Assembly (NCBI RefSeq): GCF_006345805.1
Contig: NW_021833063.1
Coordinates: 1-64,000, forward strand
DNA length: 64,000 nucleotides
Direction: 5' to 3'
DNA from: Octopus sinensis
Lineage: Eukaryota
The notes below the pieces were generated by a model, which saw only the letters and a program-made list of their open reading frames with translations, did no database searches and was not told the origin of the DNA. This document shows positions 34,641 through 46,649 of the stretch, in pieces; within the stretch, counting starts at the first letter, position 1, and each line of letters begins with the position of its first letter. A program made the position numbers and the translations under genes.

Positions 34641-34653
34641 TATATATATATAT

Positions 34654-35063
34654 ACTCTTTTACTCTTTTACTTGTTTCAGTCATTTGACTGCGGCCATGC
34701 TGGAGCACCGCCTTTAGTCGAGCAAATCGACCCCGGGACTTATTCTTTGTAAGCCCAGTACTTATTCTATCGGTCTCTTTTTGCCGAACCGCTAAGCTGG
34801 GACGTAAACACACCAGCATCGGTTGTCAAGCAATGCTAGGGGGACAAACACAGACACACAAACACACACACCCATATATATATATATACATATATACGAC
34901 AGGCTTCTTTCAGTTTCCGTCTACCAAATCCACTCACAAGGCATTGGCCGGCCCGGGGCTATAGCAGAAGATACTTGCCCAAGATGCCACGCAGTGGGAC
35001 TGAACCCGGAACCATGTGGTTGGTTAGCAAGCTACTTACCACACAGCCACTCCTGCGCCTATA
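34654..35063 (-). mobile_element. SINE family C
   Basis: Full-length match. Confidence 0.9.
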
Positions 35064-35327
35064 TATATATATAACTGTATCAGTATGATTGCCTAATTTG
35101 AGTTTATATCTTAATTTATATATTGCATGCAGTTAATGGCGTGTGTTACCGCGTAATATGAAATATACTTTTACCAAACGACTTGCATAAAATGGTTTAA
35201 AACGTCTTTGTTTCGGTGCGTCGTTGTCATCTTTCCTGGAATGCCAGCCTGGAGATCTCTTTTTATTTCACCTTTCGTTGTTTCAGGCATTGAACTGTGA
35301 TTACGCTGGGTCCCCGCATTGAAGAGT

Positions 35328-35839
35328 TTAACCCATTGCCGGCTATGAGTCCCATTTGGAGATCTGCTAAAAAAACAGTCTCACAGCCGGTTGTTCGTTG
35401 TATTTAAAGTAAATTGCTTATGTACATTGTATTAGCAGAGGAGTCTTTAACAATATTTAGTAATATAAGGTTTGTCATTATTAGCTCTGGCTAATTCTAG
35501 AGGACATCTTATGCCATAAGTCGCAATTTTTGAACTACAAAAATATTGACTGTTTCGAAAACGGTTTTTATTTTTTGCATTTCCCATCTATATCATTCAT
35601 TGATATTTCATACACATTCGCATTTGATACTACAGCTTTGAAAAAAAGCTAAAATGTTTATTTTGAATATAAAAGGATAAATATGCTTTTTTTTCAGTAA
35701 TCCCCATTTGGGACTTTTCGAAAAAATTATCGTAATTTCCAAAATGATTCACTTATGAAGAAAATTTAAATACTATAAGACAACTGGCAAAGCCAAAAAA
35801 TATGAAAAAAAAAAAAAAAATTGATAGTTAAAGGGTTAA
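35328..35839. mobile_element. piggyBac-like MITE, uninterrupted relative of 4994-5780
   Basis: TTAA-CCCATT ... AAGGG-TTAA. Confidence 0.65.
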
Positions 35840-36004
35840 GTGGAAATAACTCGGCCTCAGTACTTATGATGTTTTGTTTTAAAGTCTTGTATTTATTCTA
35901 TCGATTTCTTGCCGAACTTCTAAGTTACGTCGATGTTATTAAAGGCTTGCGTTTGTTTACGGAGTGGTAACAAAAAGAAACACAGACACATACACACACA
36001 CATT

Positions 36005-36792
36005 CTCTTATTCTTTTACTTGTTTCAGTCATGTAGCTGCGGCCATGCTGGAGTAGCACTTCAAAGAGTCTTTTTTTTAGTCGAAGAAATCGATCAAGGG
36101 ACTTATTCTTTGTTAGCTTAGTACTGATTCTATCGGGTCTCTTTTGCCGAAGCGCTAAGTTACGGGGAAGTAAACACACCAGCATCGGTTGCCAAGCGAT
36201 GGTGGTGGTGGTGATGGTGAGGTGACAAACACAGATACGAAGTCACACACACACGCACACATATATATCCGACTAGGCTTTGGTTGGCCCGAGGCTGTAG
36301 TAGCAGACATTTACCCAAGGTGTCACGCAGTTGGACCGAGCATAGAACCATGTGATTGAGAAGCCTGCGCTTATATATATATATAGGCGCAGGAGTGGCT
36401 GTGTGGTAAGTAGCTTGCTTACTAACCACATGGTTCCGGGTTCAGTCCCACTGCGTGGCACCTTGGGCAAGTGTCTTTTACTATAGCCTCGGGCCGACCA
36501 ATGCCTTGTGAGTGGATTTGGTAGACGGAAACTGAAAGAAGCCCGTCGCATATATGTATATGTATGTATGTGTGTGTATATGTTTGTGCGTTTGCCCCTC
36601 CCCCATCGTTTGACAACCGATGCTGGTGTGTTTATGTACCCGTAGCGGTTCGGCAAAAGATATCCGATATAATAAGTACTAGGCTTACAAAGAATAAGTC
36701 CTGAGGTCGAGTTGCTCGACTGAAGGCGGTGCTCCAGCATGGTCACAGTCAAATGACTGAAACAAGTAAAAGTAAAAGAAAAAGAAAAAGAA
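36005..36792. mobile_element. Head-to-head inverted pair of SINE C copies
   Basis: Minus copy 36005-36370 and plus copy 36384-36792, joined by CCTGCGC-(TA)n-GGCGCAGG. Confidence 0.85.
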
Positions 36793-37263
36793 TATATATA
36801 TATATACATATATATGTGTGTGTGTGTGTATATATACACACACACATAAGAATTTTGCTTAGCGTTATATTAACTATATAGTTTTCGTCTACCAAATTCA
36901 CTCACAAGACACAGTAGAAAACAACATGTCCAAGGTGCCGTGCAGCGAGATTGAACACAGCTATTCCCCACACTTATAAACAGAAATCTTTAAATCTGTA
37001 GAATTTGTCTATTTTCAAAATTCGTAAACTTTTCCAATCGATCTGTGAGGCAGAGTAAAGTGCAATATCATGGCGCCTGAGAAGGCAAGTTTATTGGTAT
37101 TAGAAACTAATTGGACGGAAAATTTACTTATTTATTTTATAAGGGAAATAATACTCGTGTTTTGAGCAACATACAAACTTATTTAGATAACCAAATGAAG
37201 AAACTGGACTACAACATCGGCCAATTGACGCCGAAATAATAATTCAGAAACATGTCCAGTGAT

Positions 37264-37322
<59 letters not shown>

Positions 37323-37336
37323 ATAATAATAATAAT

Positions 37337-37550
37337 GTCTTAACTGGTACATCACAAGTATTGAGAAGAGCATTGTCGATGTGAGAACTATTACTACCCA
37401 TGTATTTTAATTTAACTTAAAAAAAAAGATGAACGAACTATTGAGTTTAGTTTAATGGCCTACCAATGTATACTATGAGTTTCTTTGCCCTAGGAGTCGG
37501 GAAGACACTCGGCAAGAAATGGAAGCAAATTTGAAAGAAGAAAAAAAATA
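37337..37550 (+). mobile_element. 5'-truncated R4/Dong-like LINE end (family D1) in (AAT)n
   Basis: VLTGTSQVLRRALSM* plus a 3' UTR shared with 38727-39054. Confidence 0.65.
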
Positions 37551-37552
37551 TA

Positions 37553-37588
<36 letters not shown>

Positions 37589-37707
37589 TAATAATAATAA
37601 TAATAATGATAATATTAATAATAATGATAATAATAATAATAATGATAATAATAATAATGATAATAATAATAATAATAATAATGATAATAATAATAATAAT
37701 AATACTA

Positions 37708-37858
37708 TTTTTTTAGACATTCACTAGCACAATACTAAATACAAAACCAAATATATGGCACACTAGGCATAACAACATCCCGAACTTCCAATCTGTTGTC
37801 TCTTGAAGTCTCTGGATGAGACTTGTACAAATATAAAGCAAAAGTCAAACATAGAATG

Positions 37859-37903
<45 letters not shown>

Positions 37904-38098
37904 TAATAATAATAATGATAATAATAATAATAATAATAATGTTTTTTTTTAGACATTCACTAGTACAACACTAAATACAAAAGCAAATATATGGCACACT
38001 AGGCATAACATCACGAACTTCCAGCCTGTTGTCTCTTGAGGTCTCTGGGTGAGACTTGGAGCCAACTTGTACAAATGTAAAGCAAATGTCAAACATAA
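37708..38098 (+). mobile_element. Two copies of a second (AAT)n-embedded 3' end (family D2) at 37708-37855 and 37941-38098
   Basis: Both start TTTTAGACATTCACTAG, contain GTCTCTGG(A/G)TGAGACTTG, and are flanked by (AAT)n. Confidence 0.6.
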
Positions 38099-38152
<54 letters not shown>

Positions 38153-38153
<1 letters not shown>

Positions 38154-38705
38154 GCCCTGATGCAGTACCAGGCAGTGGCTCTCATGGCTTCTGATCTTAA
38201 CTGATTGGAAGTGTTATCATGTACATTGTTTTGTCTTGGTATAAAAGATGGGCTACAGCAAATATTCTGCTCAATACCACAGATTTGCTTGTCAGTTGTT
38301 TGACCTTAACCAGTTGAGCATGTCCCTTAGTGGCTGACGATATGTGCATCTCTGATCACGAGCAGAAGTAGTGGGGGAGCATCATGGCCATGTGTTGAGA
38401 GGGATTCTTTGGAGTTTGAATGGTTCACCTCTGGAAAACATAGGTGTTTCGTTCAACATCCTAAAGCAACCCTTATTCAGGGACCGTTTGAGCAGGATGG
38501 CTACTCAACCTGAAGAAAATTCTAACTGGGCCCCACCTGCAAGGTCATGTGCTGTTTATCTTGATATGAGATCACCATGTCGCGCACATATGGTTGTGAT
38601 GCATGTGCCTGGTGTACCTTTATCAGACGGGTAGTCATGATGGGTATATTGGGCTTCGTATATTTTACCCCAGTGTCACTTTGATGGCATGAACTGCTCT
38701 CTCAC
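38153..38705. mobile_element. Element E, second copy, in (AAT)n
   Basis: Same ends as 12685-13241. Confidence 0.8.
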
Positions 38706-38726
38706 ATAATAATAATAATAATAATA

Positions 38727-39054
38727 GGTGACTACAGTACCAATTATTGTAAGATCTCTAGGAATGATAAAAAAAGGTACTGAAACCTATTTGAAAATGA
38801 TTCTAGGCTTACCATCCCTACAGGAAGTGCAAAAAATCGTATTAACTGGAACGGCTCATGTACTGAGAAGAGCATTATCGCTGTGAAAACAACATCCATC
38901 TATGAATTTATTTATTTATTAATTTTTAAATACATATTTTATCTGTTAATTTGCGCGTGTAATCTGGGAATACATACAATGAGCTTCTCTGCCCAAGGTG
39001 CATGGAAAACACTCGGCGAGAAACGGAAGAAAATTTGAAGAAAGAAGGAAAAAC
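38727..39054 (+). mobile_element. 5'-truncated R4/Dong-like LINE end (family D1)
   Basis: VTTVPIIVRSLGMIKKGTETYLKMILGLPSLQEVQKIVLTGTAHVLRRALSL* matches the C-terminus of RLE-type ORFs (VP.V.GALG...QK..L.GTA.ILRR.L). Confidence 0.75.
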
Positions 39055-39080
39055 ATAATAATGATAATAATATAAAAAAA

Positions 39081-39361
39081 TAAATGCTCCTTTTTAAAGC
39101 CTAGTCAGGCTCATGGGGCCGGTTTCCCGGTTTCTATGGCGTGTGTGTTCCTCAGCCGGACGGGATGCCAGTCCGTCGCAGCGTTACTCCTTTTTGCCAG
39201 CTTAGTGCACTGGAGCAACGTGAAATGAAGTGCTTATAGAACGTCATGATGGAACATTTACGGACCGTATTGCACGGCTGGCAGAGGACTATGAGCAACC
39301 GACGGCACTCTAAATACGATCAGGATGCTGACACCCTAACCACTAAGCCACGCGCCTCCAC
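39081..39361 (-). mobile_element. SINE family F (CORE body + V-like tail)
   Basis: Homologous to 7818-8281. Confidence 0.8.
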
Positions 39362-39363
39362 AA

Positions 39364-39431
<68 letters not shown>

Positions 39432-39433
<2 letters not shown>

Positions 39434-39590
39434 AACATCGAAAAATACCTTAGGAATGAGAACCCAGGTTCCAAATTTCCCCGAGATACCTGATGAAGGC
39501 TGGAGGGCATATCAGCCAAAACGTTGTGTTAACAACAAACAAGATGAGGACACATATCCGTCGAATGTAAATAATGTAAATAATGTCCCG
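39432..39590 (+). mobile_element. Penelope-type fragment with a minimal hammerhead-like motif
   Basis: GATAC-CTGATGA-A-GGCTG-GAGGGCATAT-CAGCC-AAAAC-GTT-GTGTT at 39485-39530; GAAA is mutated to AAAA. Confidence 0.6.
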
Positions 39591-39635
39591 AATTGTTGTA
39601 GACCGCCGCTACCGCCACCACCACCACCAACACTG

Positions 39636-39699
<64 letters not shown>

Positions 39700-40019
39700 A
39701 TTCTCTCTTGGCCACAAGGGCAGCAAAGAGTATTCCGGGCAATACAAAGACAAAGAACGTTGAGGATTTACATAAACACGTGTGAGCAAATAATAATAAT
39801 AATAATAATGATAATCCTTTCTCCGAAGGCACAATGCCTGAAATTTGGGGTAGGGGGCTAGTAGATTACATCGACTCCAGTGCGTAACTGGTACTTGTTT
39901 CATGGGACCCGAAAGTCTGAATTTGACCTCAGAACGTGAAGACGGACGAAAGGCTGCTAAGCATTTCACCCGGCGCACTAACGGTTCTGCCGGCTCGCAG
40001 CCTTAATAATCATAATAAT

Positions 40020-40418
40020 AATCCTTTCTAATATAGGCACAAGGTCTGAAATTTGGGGGAGTGGACTAGTCGATTAGATCGACCCCCAGTGTTTCACTGG
40101 TACTTAATTTATCGGTCCCGAAAGGATGAAAGGCAAAGTCGACGTCGGAGGTATTTGAACTCGGGACGTAGCGACAGACGAAATGCCTATTTCTTTACTA
40201 CCCACAAGGGTCTAAACACAGAGAGGACAAACAAGGACAGACAAACGGATTATGTCGATTACATCGGCCCCAGTGCGTAACTGGTACTTAATTTATCGAC
40301 CCTGAAAGTATGAAAGGTAAAGTCTACCTCGGCGGAATTTGAACTCAGAACGTAACGGCAGACGAAATACGGCTAAGCATTTCACCCGCCGTGCTAACGT
40401 TTCTGCCAGCTCGCCGGC
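40020..40418 (-). mobile_element. SINE B: full tail1 copy fused to the core-tail2 remainder of a host copy
   Basis: Junction GAAATAGGCATTTCGTC at about 40178-40194. Confidence 0.85.
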
Positions 40419-40521
40419 TTTTTTTTTTTGATGGAACGCTTCACGAATTTGCGTGTCATCCTTGCGCAGGGGCCATACTAATCTTCTCCGTATCGTTCCA
40501 ATTTTAGAATATGTACCGCCG
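40419..40521 (-). pseudogene. U6: U6 snRNA retrocopy with an A11 tract
   Basis: Minus strand CGGCGGTACATATTCTAAAATTGGAACGATACGGAGAAGATTAGTATGGCCCCTGCGCAAGGATGACACGCAAATTCGTGAAGCGTTCCATC-A11. About the first 10 nt are missing. ACAGAGA is changed to ACGGAGA and the AGC triad to AGT. Confidence 0.95.
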
Positions 40522-40599
40522 TTAATCATTTCGCCCGGCGTTCTAACGTGTCTGCCAGATCACCGCCTTTACAATCATAATAATGATTACAAGTAACTC

Positions 40600-42272
40600 G
40601 AAAATTCTAACAAAAAACAAACAAAAAAAAAACATTCCCAATAGGACGAATAAACGCCACCCAGGGTAAACCGAGAAACCGTACTGTTTCCAAGCCATCC
40701 TACTCAGCAGGAGTATCATGGTAAGTGCTACTCTCTTCCCTATGTGCTTCAGCCTAGAACCGCTATCTTGGAGTACTTACGCTCACTCGGGCCTTACTTG
40801 TAACATTCACCCACCTTTTAACAAATTTGTTGGAGGGCAGCGTTCCATCTCAACAATCACTTTCCTTTTCAAATGGAATTTTAAAAAGTCGATAAGGGCT
40901 CAACCGAAAGTGAAAATACCTTTATTCCTTTCAATTATGTTCTTCACACAACCCCTTTCGCCATAGTCACTAGACAGAGAAAACTACCTGCGGTTCCCGG
41001 TCAAAGGAAAGCGACGGGGTGATCTTAACGACAGAGTCAACGCCCAGAGTTTCTGAGGACGCCGTCGCTCTTACCCACCCCATTCCTTTATAGAACGCCA
41101 TGATGGAATAGCTCGGAACCGCATTGCACGCCTGGCAGAGAGGGCTATGAGCACCCGACGGCACTCTAGATACTATGCACACGATCTCCGTCTACGCTTG
41201 ATCTAGGACTGCAGCTCTGCCAAAGAAAGGAGCTGCAGAAAAGCGCGTCTGGTAAACGGCGACGACAAATTCTCATTGTCAAGAAATTGCTGGAGGTGTC
41301 GTAACCTCGGTGCATGTCTGCGTGTCGTTTGCTACGGCCTGCCTTGTCCTTCACGCAGTGGATGTTCACAGTAAATGGACCATCTGACCAGTGGAATACG
41401 TCCGCTCAACAGAAAATAGAAGAGCAAGTGCCTCGTTCTGGTCAGCTCTGAAGCGAGGCAAAGCAGGACAGTCAGATGGTATTGGCGGCGAGCTGGCAGA
41501 AACGTTAGCACGCCGGGCGAAATGCTTAGCAGTATTTCGTCTGTCGCTACGTTCTGAGTTCAAATTCCGCCAAGGTCGACTTTGCCTTTCATCCTTTCGG
41601 GGTCGATAAATTAAGTACCAGTTACGCACTGGCGTCGATGTAATCGACTTAATACCTATGTCTGTCCTTGTTTGTCCCCTCTGTGTTTAGCCCCTTGTGG
41701 ACAGTAAAGAAACAGGTATTAGATGATAGATACGATGTAGATATTCGCCATCTCCGCTTGGCCCTACACGGAGAGTTTCGTGTGACCCATTTCTGGGTGA
41801 GACTAGCCATCTTGCTTCTCACATTATTACAGTTCTTGTCAATCTGGAAATCTGGATCAAAGCAAACAGTCCGCCCGTCTAGCGCTCCACGACGATGTTG
41901 GACGACATGGATCTCTCCCTATGCTGAATTGCAGGCTCAACAACTTCTGGTTAACTTTTATCCCTATCATTGCCTCGTATTCTCTTATAGCCGTGTCAAC
42001 CACCTCGATGTATCTGGAGTCCGACACTATTACAATGACGTTACCCGTATACGCAAACACGGGTCTTCTGTATCCTTGTTCTTGTGAAATATCTCTCGAA
42101 ACCTCCAATTTCTTCTACGGTGGCTGTAAAAGTCAGTACGTACAAAAAGGAAGAGATATCGCACCTTGACGATCGAACACATGACAACAAACAGTTCCGA
42201 CACGTAACCATTAACTCTGACCACCGAACAAATATCGCTGTATATTGTAGTAGTACATGGTCATCATGTACT
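40600..42272 (-). mobile_element. Decayed Tx1/L1-like LINE ORF2 (RT domain to C-terminus), interrupted by SINE B at 41484-41720
   Basis: VRVNGYVSELF, FLYVLT, FAYTGNVIVIV (decayed YADD), EYEAMIGIKVN, ALIDFLKFHLKRK; many stops and frameshifts. Confidence 0.8.
41484..41720 (+). mobile_element. SINE family B (tail1) inserted at a GGTATT site
   Basis: GGTATT at 41478-41483 and 41715-41720. The LINE sequence is contiguous across the insert. Confidence 0.9.
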
Positions 42273-42683
42273 ACGAGCTGGCAGAATCGTTAGCACGCAG
42301 GACGAAATGCTTAGCGGTATTTCGTCTGTCGCTACGTTCTGAGTTCAAATTCCGTCGAGGTCGACTTTGCCTTTCATCCTTTCGGGGTCAATTAAATAAG
42401 TAACAGTTACGCACTGGGGTCGATATAATCGACTTAATCCGTTTGTCTGTCCTTGTTTGTCCTCTCTGTGTTTAGCCCCTTGTGGGTAGTAAAGAAATAG
42501 GCATTTCGTCTGCCGTTATGTTTTGAGTTCAAATTCCGCCGAGGTCGACTTTGCCTTTCATCCTTTCGGGGTCGATTAAATAAGTACGAGTTACGCACCG
42601 AAGTCGATATAATCGACTTAATCCATTTGTCTGTCCTTGTTTGTCCCCTCTATGTTTAGCCCCTTGTGGGCAATGAAGAAATA
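42273..42683 (+). mobile_element. SINE B dimer: head + 2 x (core-tail1)
   Basis: 15-bp direct repeat AGTACATGGTCATCA at 42252-42266 and 42684-42698. Confidence 0.88.
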
Positions 42684-42789
42684 AGTACATGGTCATCACA
42701 ATTCTTAGCATATCACAATCATATCGCTATCGTGTGCAAACACAACACTTTTGCTCCGTGCATATCCTAAATCTTATATTCAGCCTTCT

Positions 42790-43850
42790 GAACTGGACAC
42801 TATAAAAACTTGGAAAAATGGATTCATAGCCTCGGAAAGTGTTATATATCAGTGTTAATGGAAATGTTAACATCAATGTAGTCAGATTATACTTCCCTCG
42901 CAAGGAAGGTTGCCGGGGATTTAAATCTGTTGTAATATCATATGAAACCCAACATGTAACACAGAAGTGACATCTCCAGTAGAGAAAGTGCTTAACACTA
43001 TTTTGAAGAAGTTTACGATCATGGAAGTGATAAAATTATTAGGATAGCTAATAAATTTCAGGAGAGACATGAAATAAAATCTGACACCAACCTCTCCAAG
43101 GAACATTAGCGAATTTCCCCCTCACCACGTATGTATGTATGTATGTATGTATGTATGTATGTATGTATGTATGTATGTATGTATGTTTGTATGTATGTAT
43201 GTAAGTATGTATGTATGTACGTACGTACGTATGTATGTATGTATGTATGTATGTATGTATGTATGTATGTATGTAGTCACATGCACACACAATCTGTTTG
43301 TGTGTGTCTGTGATAGATATAAATATGTGTATACTTATGAATATATCTACACACATGTATATCTATTCACACACACATATGTATATGTATATATGTGTGT
43401 GTGTATGTGATAGATATAAATATGTATATACTTATGTATATATCTACACACACATGTATATGTATACACACACATATATATATGTATATGTGTGTGTGTG
43501 TGTGTGATAGATATAAATATGTGTATACTTATGTATATATATATACACGCACGTGTATGTAAACATACGTATATGTATACAAATATATAGTTTATATGCG
43601 TATATGTATATAAGTATGCATGTATGCATGTACCTAAGTATGTATGTTGTATGTATTCATTCAGAAAGTTGCATCGACATATTTATAGGATCTCACCTTA
43701 GATATTATCTCCATGCAATCCAGGTGCCAGAAATTCCTACACCAAAGTTTGTCAGCATCAGCCGACAACAAATGTAGGCTATGCAAAAACAAACATGAAG
43801 ATATGTCATGACATAACTTCCATCTCCTCCCTGAGAACGAGATGTACATG
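42790..43850 (+). mobile_element. R4/Dong-like (RLE-type) LINE ORF remnant split by a microsatellite block (43128-43640)
   Basis: RLYFPRKEGCRGFKSV (consensus RLY.PR..GGRGL) at about 42880-42940; zinc-knuckle remnant DNKCRLCKNKHED at about 43765-43805. Confidence 0.7.
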
Positions 43851-43860
43851 CTTGTGTGCG

Positions 43861-43897
<37 letters not shown>

Positions 43898-43915
43898 ATA
43901 TATATTATATATATA

Positions 43916-44312
43916 TCTTTATATATAAAAGTCAAGTTGTGTGTCTGTCTCCTACGATTTAGATTCTAACTACTCCCACATTTTGCGGTGCAGTTTAACC
44001 CAAACCGGGTATCTTATAGTCGTGATTCATATCGAGCCCTTCTGGGTATTAGCGCGCGTCTACGATGAGTCTACGATTTAAAAAATAATTTACCATCATT
44101 TTTTCCATATTAATGCATTTTTTCGCTAATATATAAGGGAAGTAACTCTCTAAAAATGTCTACGATGAGTCAACGATTTAAAAAAAAATTTCCCATAATT
44201 TTTTTTCGATTTTTAATGCATTTTTTTGCTATTTTTTTAGCTATAACTCTCTAAAAATGCTTATATAGTTATTTCCCTTACAAACCCGAGCAACGCTGGG
44301 CGATACTGCTAG
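43916..44312 (+). mobile_element. Non-autonomous Helitron, family H1, in (TA)n
   Basis: Near-identical to 2015-2410, with A|TC and CTAG|T termini. Confidence 0.82.
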
Positions 44313-44692
44313 TATATATATAAAAACAGTTAGATGCGAACTTAACCGTGGTATGACCAGCATCTTTCCTCATGCCTCTAGGAACTTATACCCACATTTT
44401 TATGAGTAGATTTATCTTCTCTGGGATGTTAATAATCATTTTAAAAACTTTGTATTGTTGGAAAACATATATAGTCTGCTTGGAATCTTACTTCAGATTC
44501 ATGGAACTCACTCCTATAACTTCATAAGGATATTTACACTCTCTAAATATATATGGAAAACCTATATGTGATTTAGCTGATAAATACTTGACATTATATT
44601 TGCTGTAATATTTGCAGCTTGAAATTAAATGTTTTTAGTATGAAACAATTGTACTAATCTACCGATCCATTCTTGTTGCTTTTTTTCTTGGT

Positions 44693-44759
<67 letters not shown>

Positions 44760-44851
44760 TATATATATGTGCATGATAATAATATGAGGAAATATTATCC
44801 AAACTTATAGGGAAAAATTCAATTTAGAAATACTAAATCAAATTTCACAAA

Positions 44852-44893
<42 letters not shown>

Positions 44894-45011
44894 ATATATA
44901 TATTATCTTATATGTTTTATCTTGTATTTAATCTTTCTATAATATGTAATTCTCTAGATGGTATAATTTAAATTTTCATTATTCAATTGATGAAGTGTGT
45001 TTTTTTTTCTA

Positions 45012-45062
<51 letters not shown>

Positions 45063-45128
45063 TATGTATGCATGTATGTATGTATATCTATATGGGATGG
45101 AGTGGGATATATATATATATATATATAT

Positions 45129-45515
45129 CAGGAGTGGCTGTGTGGTAAGTAGCTTGCTTACCAACCACATGGTTCCGGGTTCAGTCCCACTGCGTGGCAT
45201 CTTGGGCAAGTGTCTTCTGCTATAGCCCCGGGCCGACCAATGCCTTGTGAGTGGATTTAGTAGACGGAAACTGAAAGAAGCCTGCCGTATATATGTATGT
45301 GTGTGTATGTGTTTGTGTGTCTGTGTTTGTCCCCCTAGCATTGCTTGACAACCGATGCTGGTGTGTTTACGTCCCCGTCACTTAGCGGTTCGGCAAAAGA
45401 GACCGATAGAATAAGTACTGGGCTTACAAAGAATAAGTCCCTGGCTCGACTAAAAAAGGCGGTGCCCCAGCATGGCCACAGTCAAATGACTGAAACAAGT
45501 AAAAGAGTAAAAGAG
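45129..45515 (+). mobile_element. SINE family C
   Basis: Match to the C consensus. Confidence 0.9.
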
Positions 45516-45540
45516 ATGCATATATATATGGATGGGATGG

Positions 45541-45733
45541 GGTGCGGGCTAAAAAGTTCCTGGCTTTGGGTAAAAGAAAATATAAGAGGATCAGCTAATT
45601 ATGATTTTATTCAACATATTTCCCTCTCAGATTCACACACTTATTGCAGCGGTCCTTCAGTTTTTCTAAGCCCTGTAAAAGAACTTGCAATTTTGGGCCT
45701 CGAAACAGGCCTTTCGCGATACCCTTAAAGCCA
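45541..45733 (-). mobile_element. Mariner 3' end remnant
   Basis: GLEKLKDRCNKCVNLRGKYVE* followed by a TIR-like AGGAACTTTTTAGCCCGCACC. Confidence 0.72.
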
Positions 45734-45734
45734 T

Positions 45735-46095
45735 GTATGTATGTATGTATGTATGTATGTATGTATGTATGTATGTATGTATGTATGTATGTTTGTATGT
45801 ATGTATGTATGTATGTATGTATGTATGTATGTATGTATGTATGTATGTATGTATGTTTGTATGCATGTATGTATGTATGTATGTATGTATGTGTGTATGT
45901 ATGTGTGTATGTATGTATGTATGTATGTATGTATGTATGTATGTATGTATGCATGCATGTATGTATGTATGTATGTATGTATGTATGTATGTGTGTGTGT
46001 ATGTATGTATGTATGTATGCATGTATGTATGTATGTATGCATGTATGTATGTATGCATGTATGTATGTATGTATGTATGTATGCATGTATGTATG

Positions 46096-46126
<31 letters not shown>

Positions 46127-46471
46127 GTATGTATGTATGTTTGTATGTATGTATGTATGTATGTATATATGTGTGTATGTATGTGTGTATGTATGTATGT
46201 ATGTATGTATGTATGTATGTATGTATGTGTGTATGTATGCATGTATGTATGTATGTATGTATGCATGTATGTATGTATGTATGTATGTATGTATGCATGT
46301 ATGTATGTATGTATGTATTCATGTATGTATGTATGTATGTATGTATGCATGCATGTATGTATGTATGTATGTATGTATGTATGTATGTATGTATGTATGT
46401 ATGTATGTATGTATGTATGTATGTATGTATGTATGTATGTATGTATGTATGTATGTATGTTTGTATGTATG

Positions 46472-46502
<31 letters not shown>

Positions 46503-46515
46503 GTATGTATGTATG

Positions 46516-46546
<31 letters not shown>

Positions 46547-46593
46547 GTATGTATGTATGTATGTATGTATGTATGTTTGTATGTATGTATGTA
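45735..46593. repeat. (ATGT)n tetranucleotide array of about 860 bp
   Basis: More than 200 ATGT units with sparse variants. Confidence 0.98.
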
Positions 46594-46649
46594 GAAACAG
46601 ACAAAAATAATGGGTTATAGTCATTTATTTATTACAGGCTTACAGCTGT

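Noticed and set aside
40431-40521. Functional U6 snRNA gene
   Set aside because: The 5' end is missing, the ACAGAGA box and AGC triad are mutated, there is an oligo(A) instead of a T-run terminator, and it is embedded in SINE sequence.
45607-46620. Several 100-312 aa ORFs (YVCM and HTYI repeats)
   Set aside because: Translations of the (ATGT)n array.
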